In this document: positions 49,412-58,715 of the stretch, piece by piece | Numbering within the stretch: position 1 is the first letter of the stretch | Layout: every line of letters starts with the position of its first letter | The notes under the pieces: model-generated | Told to the model about the DNA's origin: nothing | Database searches by the model: none | Seen by the model: only the letters and a program-made list of their open reading frames with translations | From: Candidatus Saccharicenans sp. | Lineage (GTDB): Bacteria; Acidobacteriota; Aminicenantia; Aminicenantales; Saccharicenantaceae | Direction: 5' to 3' | NCBI GenBank assembly: GCA_024653215.1 | Contig: JANLFU010000004.1 | Coordinates: forward strand, 29,574-93,573 | Length of the DNA: 64,000 nucleotides | Position numbers and translations under genes: made by a program

Positions 49412-50367
49412 TTCAGCTTCGTTTTTAATTTACTAATTCTCTGGTTTATTTCTTTAATTATCCTTTCTTCTGAGAATCCCGGATATTCAGACCAGATAAC
49501 CACCCTATTATTATCGATAAGAACAGACCAGGGATCACACTTTAATCTTTCCTCTGTTATAAAAATGTTCTCTTCTGACATGAAATTTTGAATCAAATAT
49601 GTAGGGAAATTCCACCCCTGGGAGGTTCTAATCATCTTGACATCATCAACAGAAAAAGGCTCCATGAAAAAAACACCGAGGAAGGGGCCATCACCCGCAT
49701 TCGTGGAAATTTTCCGGAGCGTCTCAAGCCGGCTCACATGTTTGCAGGAAAGGCAGGAAGAATATGAAGAAAAAAATGTGAGAATGTTTAATTTTTTTAA
49801 CTCTTCAGATAGGGTCCTTCTTTGCCCATCTATTTCATAAATCATAAAGTCTGGAATAATTTCCCGTTCAATAAAAGGAGGTGACCAGACCGGGGGCTCC
49901 GCTCGCATTTCAACCATGTTCAGGTGTCTTTCTATTAGTTGTCTCAACAGCTCAGGCGGGAGAAGCTCGCTTTCCTTGAAAAGTATTTCTTGGTCAGGAC
50001 TGACAAGCATGGTAGCGCCACAGCACCCATTCAGGTTATGCTTTTCGATAAATTTGATTCCTCCGTCCTGTATTACGGGAAAAGATACCCGGCATAGCTG
50101 CTTGGCTTCTTCGGTGTCTTGGCGATTTCCGGTTGAAATTCCGAATACGGATAAGTTGAACATCTTAAATCTTTTCCATAGAGCCTGGGCATACATAATC
50201 GAAAATCTGTGAGAGAGGTTTTTGGGATCAAAAACTAAGAATAGTTCATGCTGGCGATGTAACCTATCACTAACCACCTGTTGGGGGTTGATGACTCCAG
50301 GAACCAGGCTGCGTAGGCAAGAAAAGGACAGGGTTAGAAAAATCAGGGTTTTCCCAACCCTATGCAT
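49408..50367 (-). CDS. Exported protein with two redoxin (thioredoxin-fold) domains
   Basis: SVFGISTG..SFPVIQD and IPDF..FFSSYSSCLSC..FPTY..PWSVLID; CxxC in second domain; ATGA overlap with next gene. Confidence 0.65.
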   Translation of the reverse strand: MHRVGKTLIFLTLSFSCLRSLVPGVINPQQVVSDRLHRQHELFLVFDPKNLSHRFSIMYAQALWKRFKMFNLSVFGISTGNRQDTEEAKQLCRVSFPVIQDGGIKFIEKHNLNGCCGATMLVSPDQEILFKESELLPPELLRQLIERHLNMVEMRAEPPVWSPPFIEREIIPDFMIYEIDGQRRTLSEELKKLNILTFFSSYSSCLSCKHVSRLETLRKISTNAGDGPFLGVFFMEPFSVDDVKMIRTSQGWNFPTYLIQNFMSEENIFITEERLKCDPWSVLIDNNRVVIWSEYPGFSEERIIKEINQRISKLKTKLK

Positions 50368-50388
50368 TTTTTTCCCTTTTACAAAACC

Positions 50389-50415
50389 ATTTTAGCAAAA
50401 AAAAAAATATGTCAA
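50389..50415 (-). promoter_or_regulatory. Sigma70 promoter with poly-T11 spacer
   Basis: Minus strand TTGACA-TA(T)11GC-TAAAAT, 15-nt spacer, extended -10 TG; 22 nt upstream of ATG 50367. Confidence 0.65.
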
Positions 50416-51239
50416 GTCCCTTGTTCTTTCCGGTAAAGACATAGTATCCAGTCTAATGGGCCTGTTTGGAAGTGGCACGGTGGTTAGGGCTAAAGGCCCT
50501 CAGGGCAGGAGAAAAGAGGAAACGCAGCCAGAGAAAAGAATCCATCGTTAGAACGTGTAACGAGATTATTATGAAAGAAAACGGCCGACCTCTTTTGGGC
50601 ATGCCTGTCATAGTGACATGAGGTTATGAACCAGATTTTCGCGCTCTCTGGTCATTTAGGTAATGAAAATACAGCCCTGCTCGGTTGGAAGCAGGGCCTG
50701 GGTGAAGGGCAAGGAAAGGAGGGGATTAAGAGAAGGAGGCGTTGAGGTTTAACTCCTGATTAAACCTGAATATTCCTCTTATTCTCATCTTTGCTCAATT
50801 GGATAAACAAACGGGGAGCCGTTTTGGTTGCAGGGAAATGAAGGATATTTTGAAGGGGAAGGCAATAAAAATTAAAGAATCATATAAGGGAAATAAGGGA
50901 AAAAGGGATCGAAAGGAAGCAAGGGTTAGAAAAATTAAAGAGAATGAAATAAAAAGCTGCTTTTTCTAATAATTATCTTTTTCCCCTTGCTAACAACAAA
51001 ACAATTATACCATAAATAAAAAAATTTTGCAAGAAAAATTTCACAGTTTTTAAAATTTTCCTGAAAGTTTCTGACGGATGCTGCTATATGGGGAAAAAAC
51101 AGGTCCTGGATGCAAAATTTTGGGGTCAAGGCTTTAATTTTGAGCCCTTCCGGGGTTAAAATACCGATGTCTGGCGGAATAATTGCCTTTTTGTGCCTGA
51201 AAACCCCGGCCAGAGGCCCGTTTTGGAGGAGAAAGCCTC

Positions 51240-52652
51240 ATGAACAAGGAAAAATTCAGGAAATATGGCCATGAACTGGTGGACTGGGTGGCCGATTACC
51301 TGGAAAATGCGGAAAAGTACCCGGTAAAATCCACCGTCCAGCCCGGAGAAATAAAAGCCCAGTTACCGCCTTCACCCCCGGCCCACCCCGAGGAAATGGA
51401 CAGGATCTTAGAAGATTTTAACAGGATTATCATGCCCGGGATTACCCACTGGCAGCATCCGGGCTGGTTTGCCTACTTTCCGTCAAATAACAGTCCGGCC
51501 TCCATCCTGGGGGAGCTGCTGGCGGCCGGACTGGGTACCCAGGGCATGGTCTGGCAGACCTCCCCGGCGGCCACCGAGCTGGAGGAGGTGGTCATGGACT
51601 GGTTGCGGCAAATGATCGGACTGCCCGAGGGCTATGCCGGGGTCATCCAGGATACCGCTTCCACCGCTACCCTGTGCGCCCTGCTCGCGGCCCGGGAAAA
51701 AATAACCGGTTTCAGGGTGAATGACGAAGGCTTCAGGGAAATCCTTCGCGTTTATGCCTCCCGGGAAGCCCATTCCAGCGTGGACAAAGGGGTAAAGATT
51801 GCCGGCTATGGTAAAAAGAATCTGGTTCACATACCGGTAGATGACGAGTTTGCCATGATTCCGGGCGAGCTGGAAAGGGCCATTGAAAATGACCTCAAGG
51901 CCGGGCTCAAGCCGGCCTGCGTGGTGGCCACGGTCGGCACCACTTCTTCCGGGGCGGTTGACCCCTTAAAACCAATCGGTGAAATCTGCCAGAAATACGG
52001 CCTCTGGCTGCACGTGGATGCCGCCTATGCCGGCACGGCGGCCATCCTGCCCGAGAAACGCTGGGTCCTGGAAGGAGCGGAGCTGGCCGATTCCCTGGTC
52101 TTTAACCCGCACAAGTGGATGCTGACCAACTTTGACTGCTCGGCCTTCTTTATCAAAAACCCGGAAGTCCTGACCCGGACCTTTGAAATTCATCCTGAAT
52201 ACCTCAAGACCGGGGTTGATGCCGTGGTCAAGAATTACCGGGACTGGGGCATTCAACTCGGGCGCCGCTTCCGGGCCTTGAAGCTGTGGTTTGTGCTGCG
52301 TAGCTACGGGGTGGAAGGGATCAAGAAAATTATCCGCCGCCACATTCACCTGGCCGAGCTCTTCCGCGATGAACTGCAGCAGGACCGTCGGTTTGAAATC
52401 CTGGCCCCGGTGTACTTCAGCCTGGTTTGCTTCAGGCTGAATGACGGGCGCCCGGAAGATGGCCTCAACGAACTCAACCGGAAGCTGCTGGAGGCGGTCA
52501 ATTCCACCGGAAAGCTGTTCATGACCCATACCACGCTTAACGGAAAGTACACCATTCGGCTGGTCGTAGGGCAGAGAACTACCGAGGAGCGCCATGTGCG
52601 CCAGGCCCTGGAAATAATCCGGCAGAAGGCCGACGAACTGCTGCAAATTTAA
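51240..52652 (+). CDS. Aromatic-L-amino-acid decarboxylase (group II PLP)
   Basis: PGITHWQHP, SPAATELE, HVDAAYAG, NPHKW, GRRFRALKLW. Confidence 0.92.
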   Translation: MNKEKFRKYGHELVDWVADYLENAEKYPVKSTVQPGEIKAQLPPSPPAHPEEMDRILEDFNRIIMPGITHWQHPGWFAYFPSNNSPASILGELLAAGLGTQGMVWQTSPAATELEEVVMDWLRQMIGLPEGYAGVIQDTASTATLCALLAAREKITGFRVNDEGFREILRVYASREAHSSVDKGVKIAGYGKKNLVHIPVDDEFAMIPGELERAIENDLKAGLKPACVVATVGTTSSGAVDPLKPIGEICQKYGLWLHVDAAYAGTAAILPEKRWVLEGAELADSLVFNPHKWMLTNFDCSAFFIKNPEVLTRTFEIHPEYLKTGVDAVVKNYRDWGIQLGRRFRALKLWFVLRSYGVEGIKKIIRRHIHLAELFRDELQQDRRFEILAPVYFSLVCFRLNDGRPEDGLNELNRKLLEAVNSTGKLFMTHTTLNGKYTIRLVVGQRTTEERHVRQALEIIRQKADELLQI

Positions 52653-52661
52653 TAAATTTTG

Positions 52662-52700
52662 AAATCGCCGCTTCTTGGGTTGCGGGAAGAGCGATCTTTT
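52662..52700 (+). terminator. Possible intrinsic terminator
   Basis: Imperfect hairpin ATCGCCGCTTC...GAAGAGCGATC followed by TTTT after the decarboxylase stop. Confidence 0.4.
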
Positions 52701-53082
52701 GTCTAATGTCTGAATCTTAAAATTTTTAGGAAATTTCTTTTCATAGAAATTTCACCTGTGCCATTTTTTTTCCCTCACTTTTTTGGAACAAATTTGTCCA
52801 CAGCCCGCCTTTCTTAGTTAAACTGCAAGTTATCAGGGGCGATGGTGACCTCTCCCGTTCAAGGATAGAAAATTCAGGGAAAGAACCCGGCTTCAATTAT
52901 TAATTTCAAAATTTTCAAAAATCTGGCGTGCTTTTAATTAAGGATATTACGAATAATGAATTCTCAGGGAAAGGGAGCCTTAACAATGGAAGTCACCCGC
53001 GTGGATTGCCACTTAAGAATTCTCTGCCTCTGCGCCGGCAATGGTCTTCTTGCTTAGGCAGAGAGCGGATTATCCTGGCTCG

Positions 53083-55260
53083 TCACTTGTCAGTCGGGCG
53101 GGCGCTCCAGCGGTACTCGCCCTTCGGGTCGGGGATCCTCAGGTAATAACCCCAGCCCCCGGCACCCTGCAGCACCTTTATCAGCACCTTGTTCCAGCCG
53201 GCCTGCAACCTGACTTTGACCCTGTCCTGGTCGGGATAAGCGCCGCGGTATGAAGGGTTGGTGTGGACCAGGTTATCGTTTACCCACAGCCTGACCCCGT
53301 CATCGCTCCCCAGCAGAAGAACCACTTCACGGTCTTCGGGCGAATACAGGTAGGTCAGGCCGTAGGCGATGGCCTGCTCGTTGGGCTGGACCAGCTGGCT
53401 CAGGGCCACGTAGCCGCTGGCCGGGGCTTTAACCTGCTTCCAGGCCACCGGCAAGCCACCTTTACCCTGGTAGGACCTGTTAAGCTTTATATCCTGCTCC
53501 GGCGGATAGACGGTGGTCAGGTTGTTCATGTCGGGCGCGTCAAAGGGTCCTATCAGGTACCAGTCCAGGGCGAAGTTTTGCCTGGCCGGGATGAGATTAA
53601 CCCCGACGATGGCCAGGTCGGAGGCCGTGGACCTGACGTCCTTTCCGGCTACTTCCAGCCAGAAAACATTTTCTCCCATCACGAGTTCCTGGGCCTTGAT
53701 GGTCAGGGTTTCGATCGTAGTGTCCGGCCCATAGCCATTGACCCTGGCCAGGGTCTGGTATTCGGGCTCGGGTGGGGTTACGGGCTCCACCTGTTCCTGC
53801 TTTTCCAGGACTTCTTTCTTTTCCTCTTCTTTTATCTTTTCCTGCGTTTCGTCGATTTTCTTTTCTTCTTCTGAACTGGCCTTTTCTTCCGTCTTTGGAA
53901 TTTCTTTCAGGATGGACCAGTTGCCGATTCCCGGCCCTTTCAGGTAATAAACCTGGATATCATAAATGTCGTGCAGGCTGGCTTTGAGAGTGAGTTTCGC
54001 CCGGTAGCCGGTGCTGGCTCCTTCTGTGCCGACTGCCTGGTAACGCTGTCCGCCCTGGTCATAATAGGAAGTAAGAATAGTGGCCAGGGTCGGCGCGGTT
54101 ATCCTGGTTCCGCTGACATTGTCCTGGTAGGTCGTTTCGGGGCCTTCAACGTTATTGATTTTCACCCAGAGCGGCTGGGTGAAATTGTCACTGGTCTCCA
54201 GGGCAAAGGGCAACCGCCGGTCGACCGGCGGGAAGGGTGGGAATGGCTTGTGCGGCTCGGCCTGGTACCAGTAAGCCACCGAGCTGTAGAAATCCGAGCG
54301 ATCGTTGGCGTGGCCGTGCTCTATGGTGACCCTTATCGACCGGGAGAAGGGGATGGGGTCGGGCAGGTGAAATCTATAGACCGTGGCCTTGGCCCCCACC
54401 TGGAAGTCTTCTTCCTGGAGCGAGCAGCCGTAATAAAGATTATTGCCCTCTCTCATTCCCCAGGCGTCGGAGAAGTAATCCTCGCTGCCCGTGCCGTGAA
54501 GGGACGGCGACTCTTCCCCGTCCACGTAAATCATGTCATCCCCCTCTCCCCACCAGCCCATGGACCTCTGCAGGACGCTCAGGTTGCAGCCCACGTAGTG
54601 GCCACGGCCGACGGCGTCCAGGATGAGGTAGTTTTTCCCGGGCTCGCAGGGAAATTCCTGCCGGTACTGGGCATGGAAGTAGGGGACTTCAGGCTTGAGG
54701 TCGTCGACTTCCCGGTAATCTATGTAGTAATAGAAGGAGCCTACGGGGCGGCTGCCTTCGTTGGTCACGGTGATACGGGCAGACCAGCGGAAGGGCATGA
54801 ACCAGTAACAGTTGAGGGCCCGGCCCTCTGAGGAACGGACGATGGGCACCGAGACCAGGTTGCGGTTCAGACCGTGACCGACGGCGAAAAAGTCGCCGAC
54901 TGGAACTTCGACCGAGGGGGTATCCTCCCCGTCCCAGTACATCCGCAGTACCAGCTTGCGGCCATAAAAAGCTTCGGCCGAGATGGTAAACCAGATATGG
55001 TGGATGGCCGCCGGCCCCTTGATCTCGGCCAGGACCGCGGTCTGGCCGGGGGCGATGCTGATGGCGTCGCGGTTGCCGCCGGTCGGGTCAAAGGATGAAA
55101 TCCTCTTGCTGCGGTAATTCTGTTTTTCGCCCAGCGAGGACAGAATATTCTGGCCATAAGTTAGGCTGAATAAAAGAAGGAGTATGAAAGATAAGCAGAA
55201 CCAATGCGCTTTTTTCATTTTCCTGATAGGGTCTTTTCTTCCCGGCCTTGAAGTTTTCAT
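53083..55260 (-). CDS. Exported DUF2961/GH172 glycoside hydrolase with C-terminal beta-sandwich extensions
   Basis: WWGEGDD, GTGSEDYF, EHGHAN, SVAYWYQ; C-terminal LGSDDGVRLWVN module. Confidence 0.85.
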   Translation of the reverse strand: MKTSRPGRKDPIRKMKKAHWFCLSFILLLLFSLTYGQNILSSLGEKQNYRSKRISSFDPTGGNRDAISIAPGQTAVLAEIKGPAAIHHIWFTISAEAFYGRKLVLRMYWDGEDTPSVEVPVGDFFAVGHGLNRNLVSVPIVRSSEGRALNCYWFMPFRWSARITVTNEGSRPVGSFYYYIDYREVDDLKPEVPYFHAQYRQEFPCEPGKNYLILDAVGRGHYVGCNLSVLQRSMGWWGEGDDMIYVDGEESPSLHGTGSEDYFSDAWGMREGNNLYYGCSLQEEDFQVGAKATVYRFHLPDPIPFSRSIRVTIEHGHANDRSDFYSSVAYWYQAEPHKPFPPFPPVDRRLPFALETSDNFTQPLWVKINNVEGPETTYQDNVSGTRITAPTLATILTSYYDQGGQRYQAVGTEGASTGYRAKLTLKASLHDIYDIQVYYLKGPGIGNWSILKEIPKTEEKASSEEEKKIDETQEKIKEEEKKEVLEKQEQVEPVTPPEPEYQTLARVNGYGPDTTIETLTIKAQELVMGENVFWLEVAGKDVRSTASDLAIVGVNLIPARQNFALDWYLIGPFDAPDMNNLTTVYPPEQDIKLNRSYQGKGGLPVAWKQVKAPASGYVALSQLVQPNEQAIAYGLTYLYSPEDREVVLLLGSDDGVRLWVNDNLVHTNPSYRGAYPDQDRVKVRLQAGWNKVLIKVLQGAGGWGYYLRIPDPKGEYRWSARPTDK

Positions 55261-55439
55261 TGGGTAGCCTCTTTTTGAGAAATTATAAGCTATCAAATTA
55301 TAACTTTTTTCCTCCCGCTAAATCCATAAGTGGCAAGTCACAGGCTGTCCGGGTGGCCTGGTAAATTAAGGTGTTTTTGACAGGGCGCAAGCCGGGAAAG
55401 ACAGAGAACTTAACTGTCAGGAGCTAAGCCGCCGACCGG

Positions 55440-56405
55440 TTAATCCCTGACGTAGGTCAGCCACTTTTCGAACTTCGGGTTCTGGCCGGTGACTACCTTC
55501 TTGTACTCTTCGGCAATCCTGGTGGTAATCGGTCCGGGACTCCCACTGCCAAGGATATACACCGGGCCATCAACCGGGTTTTCTGAGAAATCGGCCACTT
55601 TAACCACCGAGGTTACTTCCACGGCCGTCCCGCAGAAGAAGGCCTCGTCAGCCTGGAATAGGTCGCCCTTGGTAATCGGAGCGACTTTAGTCCCGTAGCC
55701 CAGGTCGGCCGCGATCTCCAGCAGGCTGGTCCTGGTGATACCTTCCAGGATCGATTCCGAGCGGTCGTTGGTGTGGAGTACTCCGTCCTTTATCACGAAC
55801 AGGTTCTCACCCGGGCCCTCGGCCACCCGGCCTTCCAGGTTGAGGAAGATGGCTTCATCGTAGCCCCTTTCCCGGGCCTCGGTGCCGTTGATCATCGACT
55901 GGACATAGACTCCGCCCAGCTTGGCCGACAGGTCGAGCTGCGAGTTATGAATCCGGCGCTTGGGGACGATGCAGGCATTAACCCCCAGCCTGGCTTTTTC
56001 GCCGAGGTAGGCGCCCCATTCCCAGGCTCCGACCAGCAATTCCACCGGCGAGAACTTGGGCACCAGGCCAAGGTTGCCGTAAGAATAAAACAGCAGCGGC
56101 CTGATGTAGGCGCTATCCAGCTGGTTTTCCCGCACGATCAGCCGGCAGGCTTCTATGACCTCTTCTTTGGTATAGGGGACCTTCATCTTGATGACCTGGG
56201 CCGAGTGGAAAAAGCGGTCGATGTGTTCCTTGAGCCGGAAAATGGCCGGGCCCCTGGAGGTGGGATAGGCCCTGATACCCTCAAAGGTGCAGGTTCCATA
56301 ATGCAGGGCGTGCATCATGGGGTGGAAGATGCCTTCTGACCAGTCGTAAAGCTTGCCCATGTACCAGTATTTCTTGGCATTCTTGAAGTGGGTATTAGGA
56401 AACAT
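55440..56405 (-). CDS. ilvE: Branched-chain amino acid aminotransferase
   Basis: LHYGTCTFEGIRAY, AKLGGVY, EGPGENLF, LEGITR, GTAVEV. Confidence 0.93.
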   Translation of the reverse strand: MFPNTHFKNAKKYWYMGKLYDWSEGIFHPMMHALHYGTCTFEGIRAYPTSRGPAIFRLKEHIDRFFHSAQVIKMKVPYTKEEVIEACRLIVRENQLDSAYIRPLLFYSYGNLGLVPKFSPVELLVGAWEWGAYLGEKARLGVNACIVPKRRIHNSQLDLSAKLGGVYVQSMINGTEARERGYDEAIFLNLEGRVAEGPGENLFVIKDGVLHTNDRSESILEGITRTSLLEIAADLGYGTKVAPITKGDLFQADEAFFCGTAVEVTSVVKVADFSENPVDGPVYILGSGSPGPITTRIAEEYKKVVTGQNPKFEKWLTYVRD

Positions 56406-56768
56406 GAAAGACTCCTTGTGCCGAATTGTTTATCGTTAAAAACCGTGCCGGACTGGCACTAAAAAAGGGATCAACCGCCGGTTCTTTTATTTCGGTTATC
56501 ACTTATAAGACCTTAAGCTTTGAGAATTACTAATAACATAAAAGCAAAAAAAAGAAAAGTAAAATTTTGCCGGCAGAGCCCGGGTAGATAACAAATAAAA
56601 GCATGGAAGGCTGCTGTCAGAAGGTAGTTTCTTCTGCCAGCCAGTCCCAGGTCCGGGTCTAGTCTAATTGAGGACAGAAGAAATGCCGGGCCCGGGAAAG
56701 CAAAATCTGGTAAACTGGAGTGGTGAAATATGAAGATTGATGGCGATGGAGTGAAAAATCTGGAACAA

Positions 56769-57488
56769 ATGAAAATGACAGCGAAAGCTAAACCTAGTAT
56801 TATCAACAGGATGGCTGCGTTTTTGCTTCTGCTGGCCTTCATCTTGCTAGGAGCCGTCACCCTATCCTCGGGTATCGGCAAGGTGCAGAGCGAGGAAACG
56901 GCCCTTGACCGGCGGGTAAAAAAATTCCTGGAAAGCCGGCGTTATACCTGGCACGACATGAATGTCCCGGAAAGCGACGGGCAGATCCTTTATGACCTGG
57001 TTATCAAGCATGGCTACAGGCGGGCACTGGAAATCGGCACCTCAACCGGCCATTCGGGCATCTGGATTGCCTGGGCCCTGAGCAAGACCGGCGGTCGGCT
57101 GGTGACCATAGAAATTGACGAGGACCGCTACCGCCAGGCGCTGGCCAACTTCAAGGAAGCCGGCCTGGACCACCTGATTGAAGCCAGGCTGGGTGATGCC
57201 CATGAAATTGTGCCGGCTCTACCCGGGCCCTTTGATTTTGTTTTCTGCGATGCCGACAAGGAATGGTACAGGAATTACCTGGAGGCGGTGCTGCCCAGGC
57301 TCGAAGCGGGTGGCTGTTTTGCCGCCCACAATGTCGGGCAGGGCCGGGGCAGCCGCTGGCTTCAGCCCGGCATCAGGGAGTTTCTGGATTACGCTTACTC
57401 TCATCCCGAACTGGAGACTATTATTGACTCCCGGAGCCGGTCGGGAATCTCATTGAGCTTTAAGAAAAAAGGCTCTTCAGGGCTTTAA
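56769..57488 (+). CDS. Class I SAM-dependent O-methyltransferase with N-terminal signal/TM segment
   Basis: LEIGTSTGHSG, FDFVFCDADK; hydrophobic N-terminus; start uncertain. Confidence 0.85.
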   Translation: MKMTAKAKPSIINRMAAFLLLLAFILLGAVTLSSGIGKVQSEETALDRRVKKFLESRRYTWHDMNVPESDGQILYDLVIKHGYRRALEIGTSTGHSGIWIAWALSKTGGRLVTIEIDEDRYRQALANFKEAGLDHLIEARLGDAHEIVPALPGPFDFVFCDADKEWYRNYLEAVLPRLEAGGCFAAHNVGQGRGSRWLQPGIREFLDYAYSHPELETIIDSRSRSGISLSFKKKGSSGL

Positions 57489-57575
57489 ACCTGCTTGATA
57501 AGACTCAACACCGGCTCATAAAATCCAGGAGACTAAAAATCCTCAGGACTATTAAACCCCTGAGTTTTAAAGCTA

Positions 57576-58463
57576 TCAGCGCTCTATCGGGGTGGCTGTC
57601 CCAGGACGGCGGGTTGCTTTCCAGGTCTGCCGGGCATTCTTTTTGCCCTGGACCAGGGTGGCCGTGCCGTTCAGCTGATCGCCTTCGGCCTGGCCGTTGA
57701 AGACAAGCTCGGTGTCGGCCGTGCCGGGCAGAATTACCGAAAATTCCACCTTCGGCCCTTCTACCTTGGTTTCGGGAATGTGAAGGACCTGTTCTCCCAG
57801 GTAGAGCTTTCCCGAGAAGTACTGGTAGGCCTGGTTTACTTCCAGGCGGCAGTCCGTTTTCTTCTGGTTCAGGTTCAGACTCCAGTCCCAGGTGCCGGAA
57901 ATGTTGGCCGGGACAATCCACAGGAAAACGGTATGGACGTAAAGGTCTATGGGCACGTAGGTCATGCGGTCGGCCTGCCACTCGTCCATGTCAAACTGGT
58001 GGGAGATGATCCGGGTTCCGGGCTTGAGGTTAAGGATGGTGGGCCGCAGGCGGATGTTGACGTCAGGAAGGAGATACATGGTGACGACGGTGGCCTCGCT
58101 GAAGTCGGCCTCGAAGATATTGGCCCTGCGGAATTCCACCAGGTTCTCCACGCCGGCTATCCTGGCGTTCTCCCGGCTTTCGCGGATTCTTTCCGGGTCG
58201 ATGTCAATCCCCACGGCCCTGATTCCAGCCCGGCGGGCAGCCTCGATGACAATACGCCCGTCGCCGCAGCCCAGGTCGTAGAGAATGTCACCTTTCTTGA
58301 GCTCGGCAAACCTCAGCATGTCTTCAATGACCTCGTAGGGTGTTGGAACGAAGGGCACGTCCAGGCGGACCTCCTGGGCCAGTAGGCCCTGGCCGGGAGG
58401 CAAACTGGATGAAATCAATATGAAGCAAAACAATACCAGAACTATCTTTCTTGTTTTCCCCAT
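57576..58463 (-). CDS. Class I SAM-dependent methyltransferase with signal peptide
   Basis: DVPFVPTP, YDLGCGDGR, TVVTMYLLP, PGTRIISH. Confidence 0.85.
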   Translation of the reverse strand: MGKTRKIVLVLFCFILISSSLPPGQGLLAQEVRLDVPFVPTPYEVIEDMLRFAELKKGDILYDLGCGDGRIVIEAARRAGIRAVGIDIDPERIRESRENARIAGVENLVEFRRANIFEADFSEATVVTMYLLPDVNIRLRPTILNLKPGTRIISHQFDMDEWQADRMTYVPIDLYVHTVFLWIVPANISGTWDWSLNLNQKKTDCRLEVNQAYQYFSGKLYLGEQVLHIPETKVEGPKVEFSVILPGTADTELVFNGQAEGDQLNGTATLVQGKKNARQTWKATRRPGTATPIER

Positions 58464-58715
58464 GGTATCTCCTTCGGAGGACTTTGCGACCCGAGGTCAT
58501 TTATTCAAGTACCACAAAAGCCCGTTTCCTGTCAAAAGTATCAATCTTAAAAGAGACGTATCAAGCTTCTGATTTTTCTTCGCCACGCTCCAGGCAGGAG
58601 AGCCGGATATCGCCTGGCCAGGGTGTGGCCTGCGGGCGGGGCCACGCAAAAAAATCCTTGACCACCCGCCGCCCATAAAGTAGATTTTGCTCATCTGAAA
58701 AAAGGCAGGCTGAAG

